In this document: in pieces, positions 56,773 to 56,852 of the stretch
Layout: the number at the start of each line of letters is the position of its first letter
Numbering within the stretch: position 1 is the first letter of the stretch
DNA from: Verrucomicrobiota bacterium
Lineage (GTDB): Bacteria > Verrucomicrobiota > Verrucomicrobiia > Limisphaerales > UBA9464
Assembly (NCBI GenBank): GCA_043755815.1
Contig: JAYUSF010000086.1
Coordinates: 1 to 56,852, forward strand
Length of the DNA: 56,852 nt
Direction: 5' to 3'
Program-made: the position numbers and the translations under genes
The notes under the pieces: model-generated
Database searches by the model: none
The model's input: the letters and a program-made list of their open reading frames with translations, nothing else
What the model was told of the DNA's origin: nothing

Positions 56773-56852
56773 GGTATTGATTACGTTTTTTTGAGCAGGT
56801 AGAGGAGGATGCTGGCGGCGAGGTTGGCCAGCTTTTTGGTGTAGCAATGGGT
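56773..56852 (-). mobile_element. Probable IS1-family right end with transposase C-terminus
   Basis: Terminus GGTATTG fits the IS1 GGnnnTG consensus; peptide THCYTKKLANLAASILLYLLKKT* (stop 56781-56783) resembles the IS1 transposase T.C(Y/F)SK tail; local AT-rich shift. Confidence 0.6.

Overview
GC-rich bacterial DNA, most likely Verrucomicrobiota. This is inferred from a DUF1559/H-X9-DG pilin-like gene and large Ig/delta-60 secreted proteins with Verrucomicrobia-type C-terminal tails. The left part (1-31.7 kb) holds mixed genes: a probable IS481-family right end, a DUF559 endonuclease bracketed by inverted REP-like hairpins, a Crp/Fnr regulator, a Tat-exported Gfo/Idh/MocA oxidoreductase, a PmoA/DUF6807 protein, 5-oxoprolinase (pxpA and fused pxpBC), a 2452-aa secreted protein, DUF4149, uracil-DNA glycosylase, lspA-miaA, a low-GC secreted-protein gene, a pilin-like gene followed by a 1236-aa OB-fold/LTD protein, a cytochrome c'-like protein, an O-antigen ligase-like protein and a clan GH-A hydrolase. 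The right part (32.1-56.8 kb, minus strand) is a large surface-polysaccharide locus. It encodes a priming transferase, epimerases, glycosyltransferases, Wzx/Wzy-like proteins and a Maf/DUF115 protein, plus an unusual DHQS(AroB)-like/SDR/cytidylyltransferase/YhcH/Gfo module. A UPF0175-DUF3368 toxin-antitoxin pair sits within mosaic repeat blocks in this locus, and a probable IS1-family end is at the far right. The strongest leads are: (i) a DUF559/REP system with dispersed gene-less doublets; (ii) the AroB-like ulosonate/carbocycle pathway; (iii) a four-layer nested MITE/REP element; and (iv) diverged duplications of a gene end and of a leader flanking accessory insertions. No rRNA, tRNA or CRISPR array was recognised. 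All family calls come from motif recognition by eye, not database searches.
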